NCBI GenBank assembly: GCA_043228905.1 | Contig: JBHGNT010000007.1 | Location: 21,638,001-21,702,000 of the forward strand | Direction: 5' to 3' | DNA: 64,000 nucleotides | Source: Azolla caroliniana | Lineage: Eukaryota > Plantae > Polypodiophyta | Shown here: positions 58,601-64,000 of the stretch, piece by piece | Position numbering within the stretch: the first letter of the stretch is position 1 | Layout of the letters: each line of letters begins with the position of its first letter | The notes under the pieces: model-generated | Databases searched by the model: none | Seen by the model: the letters and a program-made list of their open reading frames with translations, nothing else | What the model was told of the DNA's origin: nothing | Program-made: the position numbers and the translations under genes

Positions 58601-61600
58601 AGCCTGCAAACTGAAAAGAAATGTCTATCTATCACCCCCTGGAAGCTCCACTAGCCCAACAAATTTCAAGTTTGATTCCTCTACACTCTGAAATGGCAAC
58701 CATATTACCTCAGCAGAGGGACAATCATCAGTATTTCATACATCTCCTTACCAAGGTTTATAGACCAAATCGAAAGACAAGTTAAGGACAGAAGCAGGCT
58801 ATGCTCTTCCTGTAAGTCCAAGGAAAATGATAACTCATCACCTCTTCTTGAAATATCCAAATTTGAAGAGATTCTATAGAAGTTGGAGGAAAAGCTTGTA
58901 GCTCAACAAAAGAAAGAAAGATATATTAACATCTTTTAAGAGGTCAAAATGGCCTATAAGACCAAACAAGAGATTACATCTTAAGTGTTGTCTCGTCTTA
59001 AGAGATAACACCAAAGTGCTAGAGAAAAGACAATAACGTTTTATCATGGTTCATGGGATCAGTGACAAAACCATAATAATTCTGGCTGCATTACATGGCA
59101 TTATGGCTCGAAATGATTATAACTTTCAATCAGGAATCTGCTAAATCCTAGTTCTAAATAGTTTTCTAGGAGGCAAATTCTCAGACTCTTTGTTAGGGTA
59201 CACATCAAATACCATTGGAAGACAAATACGACTTTGTTCAGGTAGTTTATGAGAAGATAAATGAGATGATCAAGGTTCTTCCCTAGCCATTCAAAACTTT
59301 TTGAAAGAAGGCTTCCACGGCCATGCTGATGTAAGAACTTTGAATTTTAGCACTACAACCAACGTTAAAGTAGAGAAAAAAACATTGCATATTATAAGCA
59401 GAATCTTATTTGGTCATACCCTAGAAAAATATCTGACAATAAAATAATGAGGAATGCTTTTCCAGTATCTGAAATGTTTGTGAATAACCGATTTCCCGTC
59501 AGCTTCATGATTGCTACCTGTATATTTCAAGCTGATAAGAACCTGTAAAGATGGCTAAGATTTCACCCGATCCAAATGTAATAGCGTGATAAAATTTACC
59601 CTTTCTGGATTGCAAACAAGAAGCAGAAAGAGTGTGAGGCCAGCCAGAATATCAGACCATATGTTACCAAATGCCTTTCTGTTTTCCAATCTCAACTCTT
59701 CCCTCAACTCTAGACTGCACAAAACAACCCCATCAATGATGAACACAAAAAGCATATTCAAGTAGTACATGAAATATCAGATAAAATACAAGTAAACAGA
59801 AGGATGCTAATGTTTGTTCAATTTCTTCATTCAAGAATAGCAAATTTCCATACGCCTCTTCTCGAATATGCTCCATGAGCTCTTCATCTGAAAGTGGAGG
59901 GGCTTTGCCTATTGCTGCCTCAAATCGAACACGTTGTCTCTCTGTCTTCAAAGTCTCCACCATATTTAGCTTTTGCGTCTCTCTTAAATCCAACAATTCA
60001 GCTGCTAAAGGCACCGTCTCAACATACCTATGCAGAAATTCTAATCGAGTTAGTTTATGCATATATATAAGCCTGCGCACATGTGCACCAAACTTGTAAA
60101 AACAGTGTATGAAACCATATTTTGCCTTACCTGTTCAAGAACGGAACTATCAAAAAATCATGTGAAATATAAGCTACCAACCAAGGTACAAAAACTAATA
60201 CTGCCACAAATTTAACCTGCAACAAAGTTTTGAAATTAATCAATGAATTATCTATCTCCCTCTATGAAAAACATGCATATTAAAAAATGAATACCAATAA
60301 GTTAGTAAAAATGAACGGTACCATAGTTGTTAAAAACTCATATTCTACATTTAGAATACATTTTAAGTTTTAGAATACTCTGAAGTATTCTACACGTATT
60401 CCAAGTTTTAGAATTGAAAATTTTCAAATTTTCATGCATTTTATGTATTCTAAGAAATTGACATATTCTACATATTTAACATTTCAAAAAAGTTCAAAAA
60501 AAATTTAAATTTAAAAAAAATACTTTTTTGAGAAAAAAGCTTTAAAATTTAAGAAATATTTAGAGTATTTAACGAATTTTAAGAAGTATTTAGCGTATTT
60601 TATCTGTAAAATACGTATTCTAAGTATCTTTAAAAAAAGTTCGAATACTTGGCATACATATTCTACAAGTATGGTATGCTAAGGATTCTACAACAATGAA
60701 TGACACTGACCGAATGTTAGATGAAGGAAACTATGTTATAGGCACTACACAAAGTTCCACACCAATAATTGAAATAGATATGTTTCTGGTCCTACAATAC
60801 ATAAATGACATTATACAACGGTCACACGGGCCACATTATGCATTTCATCCTTCAGACATAGGTAATAAGAATGGAGATAGGGACTGGACCAAAATAGTCA
60901 ATCCCAATAAAATAGAGATGGCAGAAGAAAATGGAAAACCAGAAAATAGCTGTCCTATATGATTTCAAATCATCATTCCAATCAGATTCATCAAAAGGAT
61001 CTACAAATGCATCCCATGTATGTAGAGACTACATCCAATCACAAAGTTGAGCTTTAAAAAATATCACTTTTAGGTTAGGCTCTACAGAAATTCAGTTAAA
61101 AGTTAGAATTAGTAGATATTTGAGTGGGCTAAGATATGTTTTTGAGGAGGTCACATATGGCAGCATAAGCAGGGCTTGCCTTACTCAAATCCACTTTCAG
61201 AGCTATGGAGAGCCAGTGCTTAAATTTGCAGATTTCATAGTTGATTTTCTCTCTTTTCCACTATGCTGAGTAGAGAGTACCTTGGACATCCGACATTCAG
61301 GTTTTAGTTGTTGTGACAGGATTGAATCGTTGACAGAATTATTAGGGTTCAGGTTCTATCTTATTCTATCCTCTTCTAACAATTATAAGTAAAGAAATAA
61401 CAAAAGGGTGCCATTTTATGGGCCCACGTGATATCAATGTGCTTATGCAGGAGCAGCTTAGCTTCCTGATTCGAAATCGAGTCTTTGAGAGTTCATAATA
61501 TAAGGGAGATGTTTGTTTGTTTGTTTATATAAGACTGCTCCAGTGGTGAAATTTTAGATAAGTTTGTGGTTTGATTGGTATTTACCCGCCTCAAGGAATT

Positions 61601-63661
61601 CCACAAGACAGTGTAAGGGCCCTACTGATAGTATTTGATCACTCTGCCCTCAATAGGTGGCACTTACAGGTGGAAGTATAAAAAGTAAAAGAGAAACCAT
61701 TAACGGTTCAACAAGAAATTCCACCATGAAAACCTATCAAGAAAGAAAAACTTTGATTGAAGAGAAAGGACAATATCCCTCTAATCGTCCTCAGAGGAAG
61801 GCCCTTAGTGAAGATGAATGGACAGAACATAAATCCGTGAAGCCAAAACCAAATAACTGGAACTTTTATGGCCTTACATTAGTCAGGAAGCATAGGCAAC
61901 TTTTCTACCTCTGGATATTTTATGAGTTTTTTTATTAAACCAGAAACAATTTTACATCAATCATTTGACTTATTAAAAACATTAAAATATATTTATTTAT
62001 TTCTTGGTTGAAATTTAGCCATTAAGGAATAGTAAGAAAACTAGGATCAAAGCATGCTACATTGCCACATGTATTTCAAAAAACCATCAAGGCATACACC
62101 ATTGCCAAAATGGGTTTCGGTAAGGGATATTGCTGCATGTCTCATCAAATGGACAAAGTGAAATTAATGAATAGATAGTGAAAGCCAACAATGAGGCAAT
62201 CAAATGGCTTATCTGCCAAGGGAACATCAATGTGCGACATATTTAAGTCCCATTTCCATTTGACAATTCTCTATATTCCATTCCATTAATTTGGATTGAT
62301 TGAGCTGACCTTATACTCACCAAACTTCATTACATGAACCCCAACAAAAATACCAGCCTTGTAACCGATTGTGTTACACTTAATGTGTATATCATGATAG
62401 ATTTGGTGTGAACATAGTTGGGCAACTCTTGTGTGTCCAGCTATCAAAAAAACAGAAAATATCCCAAAAAACAAACAGAAAATATCATAATACCCCATCC
62501 TTGTTGGTGCCCCAAATGTTTTCAAACATTGTGAGAGTACCCCTAAGTTTCAAAAAGAACATTTCAGGAATGGCCCTTATAGTACCAAATGCATTAAATC
62601 GTTTGCACGTGACTAGCACTGCTTTGATCAAAAAAGCATTTTCATAAAACAAATAAAAAACATACCGTAGCCTGGGATGTGAAACTAAACACTCGATCCT
62701 CAAATGCAAGATCTGCTTTCACCTCTTCTTCATCCTCAAATATCCGCAAAAGCATTTCCTTCATTGTTCTGCTCATGCCACGTTCAGGCAAATCTGGAGG
62801 GACACGAGGAAATCCTCCTTTCTCCCAATCGGAAGACGTTGGAGAATACCAACCAATATCTTTACTACCCATATAACTACTATAATCACCCCAACTATTA
62901 TCAAGCCAATCTTCCCAGTTATCACTATCTGGATCACTGCCCCTCATTTGAGAATCTCTTAACTCATTTCGAGATTCTCTTCGCCGTTGCCATGCTGCAA
63001 AGCTTTCGTCATCTGCTAGCATCCTGTCAATATCGTCCTTGCACCAACTCTTTTTATCTTTCCCTTTGTTACCAGTAACAGACTCACCAGAATCTTGACT
63101 AGATTCTTCTTCCGGAGATATAAATTCTTCATCATCTGGAAAGTCTTTACTATCAAAAGGTTCGAATAAGAAATCGTCCCACCAACTTTTACTGGTTTCT
63201 CCTCCACCCTCAGCTTTTACCCGAGATAACAATTCCCTTGAGGGTTGCTGTTTCCATAAATTTCCGAAATCTCGAGGGTATAGGCAAAAACCAAATTGGC
63301 TGGCATTTGTTAATCCTAATTGTGTTTGATTCACATGAAATTGGATTGAACGTGTATATATACTTGAGCAGAGAGCCAGTGTAGAGTCAAACCTTGGAAA
63401 AGATGGATAATAACAACTCTTCAATGCATGGAATCTAAGATGCCCACCTGACTGTATGGAAGATATGATTGAATTCCTCACACAGACCAGATTTTCTCTC
63501 CTCCTTGCAGAACATGTGGTTATTGAGCCACATGGATGGTTAGAACACAAATCCTCATCATAGAAAGGGTGAGGTTTAACAAGATTATGTTGTTCTCTTT
63601 CACTTAATCTGCTTCTTGCAAGAGGTACGGGTGGGCTCCATTGTGAAAGCAATGGTCTCAT
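55693..63661 (-). CDS. DLDG1: Nuclear-encoded CemA/Ycf10-like chloroplast envelope protein (DLDG1-like), 7 exons, ~557 aa
   Basis: Exons 63661-62666, 60216-60131, 60027-59854, 59714-59600, 59517-59420, 57551-57416, 55761-55693. CemA motifs [56 protein letters not shown]. Transit-peptide-like N-terminus and an acidic WEDWLD region. Confidence 0.88.
56363..56848. repeat. 245-bp tandem duplication in the last DLDG1-like intron
   Basis: GTATTTGAGGTCTAG...GCATGGCCAGTGT at 56363 and 56608, nearly identical. Confidence 0.92.
60322..60698. mobile_element. Probable hAT-type MITE in intron 1 of the DLDG1-like gene
   Basis: Imperfect TIRs CATAGTTGT / ACAACAATG, multiple TATTCTA(C) subterminal motifs, and flanking 8-mers AACGGTAC / AATGACAC that differ only by transitions. 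Confidence 0.55.
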
Positions 63662-64000
63662 ACTGACACATCATGATATACCATGAATTCATTCATCAAC
63701 AACAATTATACACACTTTCTTGTGTGTGAGTTTTGTATATGTGCATACATAAACTTTCTTTTTCATCGATGCTTAGGAAACGAAATTTAAATGCTTCAGA
63801 AAAGAAGAAGGCATTTGGCTTCCTTTTCTTTTTGTCTTTAAATGAATATAAGAACCTGAATTGTAGAGGAACTGCGGAGCTGCAGAACAGAGGAGGAGGG
63901 GGAGGGGGAGGAGGAGACGAAGATGATGAAGAAGAGGATCTTCTGAGTTTAGGGTTTGTTGATATCTTCTAAGATGAAGGGAAGACGTGGCCTGCATCTT

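Noticed and set aside
58090-58860. Possible LINE remnant between two short GACCAAACAAGAGATTACATCTTA repeats
   Set aside because: No diagnostic RT or endonuclease motif can be read with confidence.
55693-63661. Plastid cemA insertion (NUPT)
   Set aside because: It has six spliceosomal introns and a long N-terminal extension, so it is a genuine nuclear gene.

Overview
Eukaryotic land-plant nuclear DNA: spliceosomal GT-AG introns, a PLS-type PPR gene and telo-boxes. A fern is my guess from the PPR style; I cannot confirm the species. The left third (2525-21033) is a three-level nest of LTR retrotransposons. An old, decayed Ty1/copia element (B, minus strand, TSD CTCTA) carries a Ty3/gypsy-type element (C, 12645-19970) in its gag and an intact, very young Ty1/copia element (A, 2600-7908; LTRs differ at 1 of 598 nt) in its 3' LTR. 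Element C is the most unusual object in the window. It has a tRNA-Trp primer-binding site, a 4-bp target-site duplication, FLDD/DHG catalytic motifs, and a G_GAU_UUU slippery site followed by a predicted H-type pseudoknot that joins gag-protease to RT-RH-IN by -1 frameshifting. Host genes: a PPR gene (minus strand, truncated by the window edge), two convergent paralogous LRR-VIII-1 (HPCA1-like) receptor kinases (19 and 17 exons, both with a DPN instead of DPE kinase motif) flanking a UPF0114 gene, and a nuclear CemA-like (DLDG1-like) gene. Most introns of the two kinases contain their own private tandem repeats, several of which duplicate splice sites. CCGG is strongly over-represented in element A (counted) and looks so by eye in B and C.
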